Shown here: piece by piece, positions 1 through 9,177 of the stretch | Layout of the letters: every line of letters begins with the position of its first letter | How positions within the stretch are numbered: the first letter of the stretch is position 1 | Origin: Sphingobacterium sp. | GTDB taxonomy: Bacteria; Bacteroidota; Bacteroidia; Sphingobacteriales; Sphingobacteriaceae | Reading direction: 5' to 3' | NCBI GenBank assembly: GCA_031277715.1 | Contig: JAITLW010000039.1 | Coordinates: forward strand, 605 to 64,604 | DNA length: 64,000 nt | Notes under the pieces: generated by a model | Databases searched by the model: none | Told to the model about the DNA's origin: nothing | What the model saw: only the letters and a program-made list of their open reading frames with translations | Translations under genes and position numbers: made by a program

Positions 1-79
1 TAAAAAAAAATAATCTATTTTTGATTTATCAATAACTTTGTTACATAACTACAATAATACAACTTTAACAACTACAACT

Positions 80-550
80 ATGGAATGGTATTTAAAAGTC
101 GTAAGAGACAATTACGCAAACTTCAACGGTCGTGCTCGACGAAAAGAGTATTGGATGTTTTTTTTGATAAACGTCGGTATCAGCCTTGTCTTAAGCCTCA
201 TTGACAGTGTCTTCGGATTGAAAATGGGAGGAAACGAAATGGCTGCCTATGGTGGTGGAACCGGTGTCATTGGAGGAATCTACTCTTTAGCCGTTTTCAT
301 CCCAGGCCTTGCAGTAACGGTAAGACGTTTACATGACTCCGGCAAATCCGGCTGGAATTATCTTTGGGTATTAACATGTATTGGTGCGTTTTATGTTCTA
401 TACCTTCTTATTCAAGAAGGAGACCGTGGTCAAAACCAATATGGAGAAGATCCCAAAGGAGGGGAGAATGAGGATCCTTTCGCTGGACAACGTGAAATAA
501 ACAATCCTTTCTCTGGGCAAAACAACCCGTTTAAAAACGACAATCAATAA
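80..550 (+). CDS. DUF805 (YhaH-like) inner membrane protein
   Basis: YANFNGRARRKEYWMF and LAVTVRRLHDSGKSGW motifs, NQYGEDP end motif; ATG at 80 preferred over TTG at 38. Confidence 0.9.
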   Translation: MEWYLKVVRDNYANFNGRARRKEYWMFFLINVGISLVLSLIDSVFGLKMGGNEMAAYGGGTGVIGGIYSLAVFIPGLAVTVRRLHDSGKSGWNYLWVLTCIGAFYVLYLLIQEGDRGQNQYGEDPKGGENEDPFAGQREINNPFSGQNNPFKNDNQ

Positions 551-568
551 GCCCTGTCTGATCAACAT

Positions 569-604
569 AAAAAAGCCCGGAATCTTTTGGATTCCGGGCT
601 TTTT
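569..604. terminator. Bidirectional intrinsic terminator
   Basis: AAAAAAGCCCGGAATC-TTTTG-GATTCCGGGCTTTTT between convergent DUF805 and cold-shock genes. Confidence 0.85.
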
Positions 605-629
605 CACAATAAATATATATTAGAATCTA

Positions 630-821
630 CTAGATAACTTTTACATTTACTGCATTAAGACCTTTACGACCTTGCTCTACTTCGTAAGTGACGTCATCAC
701 CTTCACGAACTTTGTCAACTAATCCCGAAACGTGAACAAAAATTTCGCTCTCGCCTGATGCAGGGATAATGAAACCGAAACCTTTGGTCTCATTAAAGAA
801 TTTTACTTTACCTTCTTGCAT
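630..821 (-). CDS. Cold-shock protein (CSD)
   Basis: GKVKFFNETKGFGFI (RNP1) and IFVHVS (RNP2), 63 aa. Confidence 0.95.
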   Translation of the reverse strand: MQEGKVKFFNETKGFGFIIPASGESEIFVHVSGLVDKVREGDDVTYEVEQGRKGLNAVNVKVI

Positions 822-953
822 TATATTAAATTGTTAATTTTCCTAAAGATAATGGATAAAAAACAAAAACTTATCATTTATTTTAAAACTATATTAAACA
901 TTATCACATTTTCTTTGTCTATCGAATTATAAAACATTTTAGAAAACAGTGAT

Positions 954-1673
954 ATGAAACAAATAATAACATTTTTCTTTTTAATTAGCTCTCTGGCTAT
1001 GGTAAACGCGCAAACAATGAACATCGAAAGCAGTCGCAAAGTCGCGACCAAAGGATATGCAGAAAAAGAGGTTACTCCTGACATTATTTATCTTTCTGTC
1101 AGTTTAAAGGAATTCTACGTGGATGGCAATACCAAGAAAAAAGTAGCTATCGAACTTATAGAAAAACAACTATTTGACGGAGCTATCGCCGCGGGAGTAA
1201 AGAAGGAAGATATTACAATACAAAATATTTACAGCTATAATTACGAAAACAAAAAAAAGAACAATGAATTGTTGCAATCTCGTCAATACCGTATTAAAGT
1301 AACCAACCTAAATGGCCTCAACACCATGTTGGACAAGGTAGACCCGCAAGGTTTACAAAGTACGTCTATAGATGGCTATGATCACTCTCAAAAAAGAGAG
1401 ATTGAAAAGGAGTTAAAAACGATAGCTGTAAAAGATGCTCGACAAAATGCAGAAATTCTAGCTTCTGCTGATGGTCAGTCTGTCGGCCGTGTATTAATTA
1501 TTAATGACAACAGTAGCATCAACTTTAATGACTTAGTTCCAGTCCCTCAAATGATGTATGCCAAAGCATCCCGCATGGACATTTCTGGAAGCGCGGAATC
1601 AAATGACCTGAACATTGATATCCGTCCTATCAAATTGACCTGTTACATTGACGGTGTATTTGAACTAAAATAA
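954..1673 (+). CDS. SIMPL (DUF541) domain periplasmic protein
   Basis: Signal peptide; GYAEKEVTPD and AVKDARQNAEILA motifs typical of SIMPL. Confidence 0.85.
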   Translation: MKQIITFFFLISSLAMVNAQTMNIESSRKVATKGYAEKEVTPDIIYLSVSLKEFYVDGNTKKKVAIELIEKQLFDGAIAAGVKKEDITIQNIYSYNYENKKKNNELLQSRQYRIKVTNLNGLNTMLDKVDPQGLQSTSIDGYDHSQKREIEKELKTIAVKDARQNAEILASADGQSVGRVLIINDNSSINFNDLVPVPQMMYAKASRMDISGSAESNDLNIDIRPIKLTCYIDGVFELK

Positions 1674-1674
1674 A

Positions 1675-2169
1675 GTGGCCATGCTCACTCAACAAGACGA
1701 CAGGACAGACAAACGTAAAAAGGACTTCATTTGGGTTGAGCGCGTTTCCTATCTCTTAGACAATAAATTTAATATCGGGGGATTCAGGTTTGGCCTGGAT
1801 CCCTTATTAAATTTAATACCTTATGCGGGCCAGATCATCTCCTTTGGCACCTCTATTTTATTAGTTCTAATAATGCTTCGCAATGGTGCTGGATCCAAAG
1901 TGGCTGTTAAGATGCTACTCAACGTAATTTATGATGCTTTCTTTGGTGCAATTCCTTTCTTTGGACAAGTATTTGACTTTTTTCATAAAGCAAACCAGAA
2001 AAATATAATCCTTCTACGCGAGCACTACTTTGAAGAAAAACACCAGGGTAGCGCAAAAAGACTATTGATCAGCATACTGCTGATATTACTTGTTGTATGT
2101 ATTGCGTTATTCTATTTCATCTGGTTACTATCCGGGTGGTTTATTCGCCTCCTAGGTACCATATTCTAA
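1675..2169 (+). CDS. DUF4112 membrane protein
   Basis: LLDNKF..GFRFGLDPLLNLIP and GAIPFFGQVFDFFHKAN motifs. Confidence 0.85.
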   Translation: MAMLTQQDDRTDKRKKDFIWVERVSYLLDNKFNIGGFRFGLDPLLNLIPYAGQIISFGTSILLVLIMLRNGAGSKVAVKMLLNVIYDAFFGAIPFFGQVFDFFHKANQKNIILLREHYFEEKHQGSAKRLLISILLILLVVCIALFYFIWLLSGWFIRLLGTIF

Positions 2170-2243
2170 GAGTATTCTTAATACTTCCTAAGTTATAAGT
2201 ACAATACCTGTGACTTTGTTTAAATTAATTTTAATTTTGCGCC

Positions 2244-2612
2244 ATGTCCAAAACTAGAATATTCGCACTACTAATGCTTGCTTTAATTTTCGCAAGTATT
2301 CTGACCAATCCACCCCGTGAACAGTTTGAAAAAGCACTCACGATCAAGGCAAAAGATCTACTTGAAAAACAACTACATTATAAGGACAAAGATGCTGTGC
2401 TTTTAGGTATGACATTATTTGGCGATAAAATCGTTCAGGACTTTATTGATCGAAGCATTATCATCAAAAACTACTATCTCTTCTCCATTGTAAAGTTAAG
2501 ATGGCAGGATACAGAAACACCGATAGGAGTGGGGGCATTTAAATCCATTTGGATTAGTCCTAAAATTGATGAAAAAGCGGATGAAATCATTACAATATTA
2601 AAAGACCTGTAA
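2244..2612 (+). CDS. DUF4359-like membrane-anchored protein
   Basis: N-terminal hydrophobic helix followed by TNP; NYYLFSI and IGVGAF motifs. Confidence 0.6.
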   Translation: MSKTRIFALLMLALIFASILTNPPREQFEKALTIKAKDLLEKQLHYKDKDAVLLGMTLFGDKIVQDFIDRSIIIKNYYLFSIVKLRWQDTETPIGVGAFKSIWISPKIDEKADEIITILKDL

Positions 2613-3307
2613 TGCTGGAAATTTTATATCAAGACGAGTTCTTAATTGCGATCAACAAACCACATGGTTTACTTGTACATCGGTCTTCCATAGCGAATGA
2701 TGCCTCCGAATTTGCATTGCAGATGTTACGCGACCAAATTGGCAGATCTGTTTATCCAGCACATCGATTGGACCGCAAGACAGGAGGGGTGCTACTCTTT
2801 ACGTTGGACAAAGAGACAGACCGTCTCACACAACCGCTATTTGCTGAAAACAAAATGGATAAACGCTATTTAGCTGTTTTAAGAGGTTTCTGCCCTGAGC
2901 ATGGCTGTATTGATTATCCGTTATTAAAAGAAAACGGTACTTCACAAAATGCCATAACACATTTTCGTCGTTTAGCGCAAGCGGAGATTCCTATTCCTCT
3001 TGGCAAGTTCGATACCTCGAGATACTCCCTAGTAGAGGCCAGTCCCGAAACTGGACGCATGCATCAATTACGTAGACACTTTGCACACATATTCCATCCG
3101 ATTATAGGAGATAGACCTCATGGCTGCAATAAACAGAACAAGCTATGGAAAGAGAAATTCGAAATAGACACGATGCTCCTACACGCAAGTAGCCTCTCTT
3201 TTCATCACCCACATACTGGAGATAAAGTTGATATAAAAGCTGATATTCATCCCAACTTTAAAATAGCATTAGACCTGCTAAATGTAAACACGTCTAATAT
3301 AGTTTAA
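2612..3307 (+). CDS. truC: RluA-family pseudouridine synthase (TruC-like)
   Basis: INKPHGLLVH, HRLDRKTGGVLLF (catalytic Asp), TGRMHQLRRH, HPIIGD. Confidence 0.85.
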   Translation: MLEILYQDEFLIAINKPHGLLVHRSSIANDASEFALQMLRDQIGRSVYPAHRLDRKTGGVLLFTLDKETDRLTQPLFAENKMDKRYLAVLRGFCPEHGCIDYPLLKENGTSQNAITHFRRLAQAEIPIPLGKFDTSRYSLVEASPETGRMHQLRRHFAHIFHPIIGDRPHGCNKQNKLWKEKFEIDTMLLHASSLSFHHPHTGDKVDIKADIHPNFKIALDLLNVNTSNIV

Positions 3308-3472
3308 TCTCCATACTTCGAGCTACCGGTACAGCTTGACAACAGAGTCTCTGCTCCTAATTCTCGAGCAGTGGCACATACCTGTCAGAATTTATCAATA
3401 TTGCAAAATATAAGGTCACAATATCAACTTTATAAGTATTTTTGTAATAAAACATTTTTATATAGCTAAAGA

Positions 3473-4552
3473 ATGAAAAACACAGCTTTAACAGATTTGC
3501 ATATATCACTAGGTGCAAAGATGGTTCCTTTTGCAGGCTTCAACATGCCTGTACAATACACAGGTATAAACGATGAGCACGAAACAGTACGTAATGGAGT
3601 GGGCGTCTTTGACGTAAGCCACATGGGAGAGTTCATCTTAAAAGGTGAAAAAGCTCTCGATTTGATTCAAAAAGTATCCTCCAATGACGCATCAAAACTA
3701 TATGACGGAAAAGTGCAATACGCTTATCTTCCAAACGAGAATGGAGGAATCGTTGACGACTTTCTAACGTATAAATTGGATGACGAAACTTATCTTCTTG
3801 TTGTCAATGCTTCAAATATCGAAAAAGACTGGAACTGGATAAGCAAGTTCAATACATTTGATGTCGATATGAAAGACATATCTGACAAAACAGCTTTACT
3901 TGCTATCCAAGGACCAAAAGCGGCCGAAGCCCTACAGTCACTTACAGATATCGAACTTGCATCCATGGAATATTACACATTCCAAAAAGGGAAATTTGCA
4001 GGGGTAGACAACGTAATCGTCTCTGCAACGGGGTATACAGGAGCAGGAGGGTTTGAAATATATGTTGCCAACGAAGATGTAAAAACTGTTTGGGATGCTA
4101 TTTTTACGGCAGGAGCACCTTATGGAATTAAACCGATTGGTCTTGGTGCTCGTGATACCTTACGGTTAGAAATGGGCTTTTGTTTGTACGGAAATGCTAT
4201 CGACGACAATCCGTCACCTTTAGAAGCTGGATTAGGATGGGTTACCAAATTCACAAAAGATTTCGTAAACTCAGAAAACTTAAAAGCCGAAAAAGAGGCT
4301 GGAGTTCAAAAAAAGCTCGTTGGTTTTGAGATGATTGATCGCGGAATTCCCCGTCATGATTACGAGATTGTAGACGCAGATGGAAATATTATCGGCCGAG
4401 TTACTTCAGGTACACAGTCCCCTACATTGAAAAAATCAGTTGGATTAGGTTATGTCAACAATGCTTTTACTAAAGAAGGCACGGAGATATACATCAACAT
4501 AAGAAACCAAAAAGTAAAGGCTGTAATAAAAAAGCCACCTTTTGTAAAGTAA
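3473..4552 (+). CDS. gcvT: Glycine cleavage system aminomethyltransferase T
   Basis: [31 protein letters not shown] motifs. Confidence 0.97.
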   Translation: MKNTALTDLHISLGAKMVPFAGFNMPVQYTGINDEHETVRNGVGVFDVSHMGEFILKGEKALDLIQKVSSNDASKLYDGKVQYAYLPNENGGIVDDFLTYKLDDETYLLVVNASNIEKDWNWISKFNTFDVDMKDISDKTALLAIQGPKAAEALQSLTDIELASMEYYTFQKGKFAGVDNVIVSATGYTGAGGFEIYVANEDVKTVWDAIFTAGAPYGIKPIGLGARDTLRLEMGFCLYGNAIDDNPSPLEAGLGWVTKFTKDFVNSENLKAEKEAGVQKKLVGFEMIDRGIPRHDYEIVDADGNIIGRVTSGTQSPTLKKSVGLGYVNNAFTKEGTEIYINIRNQKVKAVIKKPPFVK

Positions 4553-4585
4553 TTAGTCGCTAAATAAGCGGAAACAGGCGCATAA

Positions 4586-4615
4586 AAAAAGGGATAATTA
4601 ACATTATCCCTTTTT
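4586..4615. terminator. Intrinsic terminator after gcvT, overlapping the stop of the convergent gene
   Basis: AAAAAGGGATAAT-TAAC-ATTATCCCTTTTT. Confidence 0.75.
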
Positions 4616-4834
4616 CTTTTTAGTAGGTATACTACCCTTTTCTTGTTGCTTTTTGACCAAATCACTTTTGACATGCTTCAAAAGAACAATCTTCAAATAG
4701 ATCAGCACTACGGAGATAGCTATAGCTGCTCCCAGAATCAGCATATTCCCACTTTGATAAGCAGCTACACCACTCATTATCAAAAAGATTATACCTAAAT
4801 TCAATAATAAGTTTAGTATAAAATGTTTTTTCAT
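4604..4834 (-). CDS. Small two-helix membrane protein, hypothetical
   Basis: Two hydrophobic segments and a basic tail; 4-bp overlap with the upstream ORF. Confidence 0.7.
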   Translation of the reverse strand: MKKHFILNLLLNLGIIFLIMSGVAAYQSGNMLILGAAIAISVVLIYLKIVLLKHVKSDLVKKQQEKGSIPTKKKKG

Positions 4835-5133
4835 TGCTTCTTGTTTTCTTTACCAATTACCCTTTCCCTAATAAACGCAAAATACACAATCCCTCCTAGA
4901 ATATTCGTTAAAATCACAAATAGGGCTAATAGTACACGTTCGGACGTGCCAATATTTATTGACAACATTATCTCTCGAAGTACTAAGAGGACCCAAATCA
5001 TAGATATAAGCAGAGATATACTCACCAGTACGACCGCAAACGGGATCCTTAATAGGACTGTACCAATTGCCAATACATAAAAAACCAGACTAAAATAGAA
5101 CGCCTGCTTAGTCTGGTGATATAAATTTTTCAT
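4831..5133 (-). CDS. Small membrane protein, hypothetical
   Basis: Three hydrophobic helices; 29 bp downstream of the dehydrogenase gene on the same strand. Confidence 0.7.
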   Translation of the reverse strand: MKNLYHQTKQAFYFSLVFYVLAIGTVLLRIPFAVVLVSISLLISMIWVLLVLREIMLSINIGTSERVLLALFVILTNILGGIVYFAFIRERVIGKENKKQ

Positions 5134-5162
5134 CCTCCGAAATTACAAAAAAATACTATTAC

Positions 5163-6581
5163 CTACGGAAAGATTCCAAGTTCTTCATAAGCCACGCCAA
5201 TTTTATTAATAGCACATATAAATGCAGCAGTTCTCAAATCTTCGACTCCATCAGTACTCTTCCAGACATCTCTAATTTCTTGATAAGATCCCATCATCGT
5301 ATCTTCCAACCCCGAATGCACTAAATCAATCTCATCAGGTCCTCTCAGAATCATTCTACGTTCTACTTCTGACATTTTTTTATTCGTAAGCTCTTCAACC
5401 GAATTCATGATTTCAGCATACCGGTTTTCGCTGAATCTTTTTTCCAAACGTCCATACCGAACATGACTCAAATTCTTCAACCATTCGAAATAAGAAACCG
5501 TCACCCCTCCAGCATTGAGATACATATCCGGAATAACTAACACCCCTTTACCATTCAATATGACATCCGCTTCCGGGGTCAACGGTCCATTTGCTGCTTC
5601 ACCGATTATTTTGGCTTGTATTCTACTGGCATTTTCCCCATGAATAACCGATTCTAGAGCTGCTGGTATCAAGATATCACATTCTTGCTCCAGACCCTCT
5701 GCTACATTCGGTATATTTACTGCACCCGGAAAATTTAGGAGTGAGCCCGTCTGCGATCGATATAGTTGTGCCTCATCTACATCAATACCTTCCTCTTTAT
5801 ATATCGCTCCATTATATTCAATCAATCCAACAATAATTGCTCCAGCCTTTTGACAAAACTTAGCGGCATGATATCCTACATTCCCAAGCCCCTGCACAAT
5901 TATTTTCTTCCCCTTTATCCCAACAGGCAACCCTATTCTATTCATATCTTCCTCTATAGAACAGGCTTCCCGTATTCCGAAGAATACCCCTAAGCCCGTC
6001 GCTTCTACACGGCCCCGAACACCTCCTTGAGAAATAGGTTTTCCTGTCACACAGGCCATTGCGTTGACATCATTCGGATTCAGGGAAGAATACGTATCTA
6101 CAATCCAACTCATTTCCCTTCCTCCAGTTCCGTAATCTGGAGCAGGAACATCTATCCCTGGCCCAATAAAGTTCTTTTTACATAATTCCGATGTATACCG
6201 CCTAGTAATCCGCTCGAGATCTCCAACAGTATATTTAGAAGAGTCTATTTTTATACCTCCTTTACCACCCCCAAACGGCACATTGACAATCGCACATTTA
6301 TAAGTCATCAGCGCTGCCAAAGCCATTACCTCATCCTGATTGACCTCCATGCTAAAACGGATACCTCCTTTACAGGGTAATTTGTGATGAGAGTGTTGTA
6401 CCCGATACGCTTCGATAACCTCGACCTGATCTCCTATACGGACCGGAAATTTAACCTGCAAAATAGAATTGCAAGCTTTAATCTGTTCTAGAATTCCTTT
6501 TGAGAACCGTGTGAATTTCGCTGCTTTATCAAAGCTACGTTCTACTCCACTAAAAAAGCTATAAGTATTACTTGTTGACAT
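5163..6581 (-). CDS. gdhA: Glu/Leu/Phe/Val dehydrogenase (glutamate dehydrogenase, animal-type clade)
   Basis: [40 protein letters not shown] motifs. Confidence 0.93.
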   Translation of the reverse strand: MSTSNTYSFFSGVERSFDKAAKFTRFSKGILEQIKACNSILQVKFPVRIGDQVEVIEAYRVQHSHHKLPCKGGIRFSMEVNQDEVMALAALMTYKCAIVNVPFGGGKGGIKIDSSKYTVGDLERITRRYTSELCKKNFIGPGIDVPAPDYGTGGREMSWIVDTYSSLNPNDVNAMACVTGKPISQGGVRGRVEATGLGVFFGIREACSIEEDMNRIGLPVGIKGKKIIVQGLGNVGYHAAKFCQKAGAIIVGLIEYNGAIYKEEGIDVDEAQLYRSQTGSLLNFPGAVNIPNVAEGLEQECDILIPAALESVIHGENASRIQAKIIGEAANGPLTPEADVILNGKGVLVIPDMYLNAGGVTVSYFEWLKNLSHVRYGRLEKRFSENRYAEIMNSVEELTNKKMSEVERRMILRGPDEIDLVHSGLEDTMMGSYQEIRDVWKSTDGVEDLRTAAFICAINKIGVAYEELGIFP

Positions 6582-6707
6582 AAGTATCCCTAATTAGTTA
6601 TACATTCAGATACTATAAAATTAAAAAAAATAGAACGAACCTACTGTATTTCAATAGTTTTATTTTAATATAAAACACATTTCCACAAACAAAAATTACC
6701 CACAAAA

Positions 6708-6731
6708 AATGGGTGTCTTAAAACACCCATT
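6708..6731 (-). terminator. Intrinsic terminator of rhodanese gene
   Basis: AATGGGTGT-CTTAAA-ACACCCATT followed by a T-run on the minus strand. Confidence 0.7.
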
Positions 6732-6769
6732 AATTATCTTCTTTAAAGAGACTAAATTTTAAACAAGAT

Positions 6770-7084
6770 CTAATACACGTCCATCTCTGGATTAATCTCC
6801 TCTTTCCATGCTAATATACCTCCTTTAAGGTTTGCTAAATTCGTGAACCCCTGTTGTTCCAGTAACATTACCGCTTGCGCACTACGTTTTCCAGAACGAC
6901 ATTGTATGATTACTGGTATATCTTTGGATAGTTTATCGGATTCAATCAAAATACCACCTAAAGGAATATTGATCCCATTCAAATTAGACACTTCATATTC
7001 AAATGTCTCGCGAACATCAATCAATTGAAACTCCTCGTTTTGATCTATCATTGATTTTAACTCCCGAACTGTAACCTCTTTCAT
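6770..7084 (-). CDS. Single-domain rhodanese
   Basis: LIDVRE, CRSGKRS active-site loop, LKGGILAW; start MKEVT at 7084. Confidence 0.92.
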   Translation of the reverse strand: MKEVTVRELKSMIDQNEEFQLIDVRETFEYEVSNLNGINIPLGGILIESDKLSKDIPVIIQCRSGKRSAQAVMLLEQQGFTNLANLKGGILAWKEEINPEMDVY

Positions 7085-7302
7085 ATGTGTAAATTTTAAC
7101 TTTTTATGATCTTGTTGACTGATTAAAAGCGAAAACTCGCTTTCTTGCTCGCTATTAAAGGCTCTGCAAAACAGAGACTTCCTCTTTAACCTTATTACAA
7201 TCAAACTTAGATAAAATGCCTGGGATTCACGAATCCATCATAAAAAAAATTATATCAATCCTATTTATTAAATTGTACGCTATATTGACTAAAATCAAAA
7301 TA

Positions 7303-8598
7303 ATGAAAAACCTTCTCTTCATCCCTTTACTACTAGCGCTTACTAGCTCTGCTTTGGGCCAAAACTCTTCGCCGCATATTGTAGATCGCACCGACATAGA
7401 AAGAATTTTAAATGTACTAGCATCCGATGATATGAAAGGTCGACACGCATTAACAGAAGATGCGGATCGGGCGGCTGATTTTATAGTAAAAGAATTTAAA
7501 GCCTCCGGCCTCGCGCCCTATACGGAAAATGACTATAGACAACGGTTTGAGATGCAACGGATATCAAAACGAAATAGCTCCGTAGTCTGGAATGGAAAAG
7601 CTCAAGAGCAAAATAGTTTCCTGATTTTGGGACATGCTCCAAAAATCCATTGGTCTACTTCCTCTCAGATACCTATATACAGTATAAAGAAAGACGAGGA
7701 TTTTGCACAGAGTTTTAGAGATCACGTACAGTCCGATGAAGATGCAATTATACTTGTCGATCCTAGCTTCTCCGCCTTTATAGCTCGTTACAATAAAATA
7801 TATTCGCGGGAGGATCTTGTCACAAAAACAGAGCACACCCCCACAAAAGTATTTATAGTCAGCAAAAAAGCACCCGAAAAGTACGAGATTATCAACGAAA
7901 ACAATGTAAAAACGGTATCCATGTCAAACGTTGCCGCAATCATCCCTGGTAAGTCCAAACCGGGTGAATATGTTATTTTTTCAGCGCACTACGACCATAT
8001 TGGTATTATCGATGCGGAGGGACAAGATTCTATTGCCAACGGAGCAGATGACGATGCTTCGGGGACTACTGCTATCATCAGTCTTGCTAAATATTATAAA
8101 AAACAAAATAACAATGACCGCACGCTAATTTTTGTTGCATTTACAGCAGAAGAAATAGGAATGTTCGGATCAAAATACTTCTCGAACAATATTAATGCAG
8201 ACAGTGTTATTGCTATGATAAACATAGAGATGATTGGTAAGGATGCCAAGTTTGGTCCTAATTCATTGTATATAACAGGGTATGACCGATCTGACTTGGG
8301 TCAGCTGATGCAACATAATCTAAGCGGTTCAAACTTTCGTTTCTACCCAGATCCCTACCTACAACAAAATCTCTTTTACAGAAGTGACAATGCTGTACTA
8401 GCTGCACTAGGCGTTCCAGCGCACACTTTTTCCACATCACAGATTGACAAAGACAAATTCTATCATACTGTAAAAGATGAAGTAAGCACACTAAATATTG
8501 ATAATATTAAATCAAGTATAGAAGCTATTGCTATTGGTGCATCTGGAATTATTAACGGTAGCCAGACTCCTCGTCGCGTAGAAAAGTTAAAGGACTAA
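7303..8598 (+). CDS. M28 family exported metallopeptidase
   Basis: Signal peptide; SAHYDH, NGADDDASG, FTAEEIG, NIEMIG, RSDN, YHT zinc-ligand motifs. Confidence 0.92.
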   Translation: MKNLLFIPLLLALTSSALGQNSSPHIVDRTDIERILNVLASDDMKGRHALTEDADRAADFIVKEFKASGLAPYTENDYRQRFEMQRISKRNSSVVWNGKAQEQNSFLILGHAPKIHWSTSSQIPIYSIKKDEDFAQSFRDHVQSDEDAIILVDPSFSAFIARYNKIYSREDLVTKTEHTPTKVFIVSKKAPEKYEIINENNVKTVSMSNVAAIIPGKSKPGEYVIFSAHYDHIGIIDAEGQDSIANGADDDASGTTAIISLAKYYKKQNNNDRTLIFVAFTAEEIGMFGSKYFSNNINADSVIAMINIEMIGKDAKFGPNSLYITGYDRSDLGQLMQHNLSGSNFRFYPDPYLQQNLFYRSDNAVLAALGVPAHTFSTSQIDKDKFYHTVKDEVSTLNIDNIKSSIEAIAIGASGIINGSQTPRRVEKLKD

Positions 8599-9158
8599 AC
8601 CTCTTCACCTATACAAACGAATGTTTCAGTATTAAATATCAAACGAAAAAAACCATCCTCTTCCATCTCAAAGGATTGCTCTCCAACAGGACGCAATCCT
8701 ACCTGAGATTTTAAGACCTTTGGATCAACGAATATTTTCTCCCCTTTCGGCTTCCACTTTTCATATTGTTCTTTCACAAAAACATACCTCCTGTTGTCAC
8801 AAAAAGCAACCACATTAATATCCTCAGCATATTTTATTATCGTATCATCTATCTCTGAGCATAAGATATTCACTGCAGGGTAGGATTTAGAAACTAAATA
8901 AGATATCGCTGTTTCGAAAAATGAGCCTTCAAGCGAAAAAAAACTAGTTGGTTCTTGTAGAAAAGGAATAGGAACACCTGAAAAGACAATGTCCACTTTT
9001 ATTTCCTCCGAGAGAAGAAAATCTAGACTATAGGTATTCGTAATTATGGTAGGGGACCATTCTAACACCTGATTTAACAGGTCCTTTTCCAACGCTCTAA
9101 AATCTTGTATTAAAAGCGCGGGTTCTTGGTTCTCTCTGACAATATGATGCGAAGACAT
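8595..9158 (-). CDS. Thiamine pyrophosphokinase-like protein (Bacteroidota type)
   Basis: MSSHHIVRENQEPALL and LEWSPT N-terminal signature. Confidence 0.65.
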   Translation of the reverse strand: MSSHHIVRENQEPALLIQDFRALEKDLLNQVLEWSPTIITNTYSLDFLLSEEIKVDIVFSGVPIPFLQEPTSFFSLEGSFFETAISYLVSKSYPAVNILCSEIDDTIIKYAEDINVVAFCDNRRYVFVKEQYEKWKPKGEKIFVDPKVLKSQVGLRPVGEQSFEMEEDGFFRLIFNTETFVCIGEEV

Positions 9159-9177
9159 TTATCTTAGGTTATCGTTT

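Noticed and set aside
3308-3472. Glycine riboswitch upstream of gcvT
   Set aside because: No GGAGA...CCGAAG...CUCUCAGG core on the plus strand, and the likely promoter lies downstream of the structured segment
6679-6704. DnaA-box-like ATTTCCACA and TTACCCACA upstream of gdhA
   Set aside because: Each has one mismatch in AT-rich DNA, which is compatible with chance
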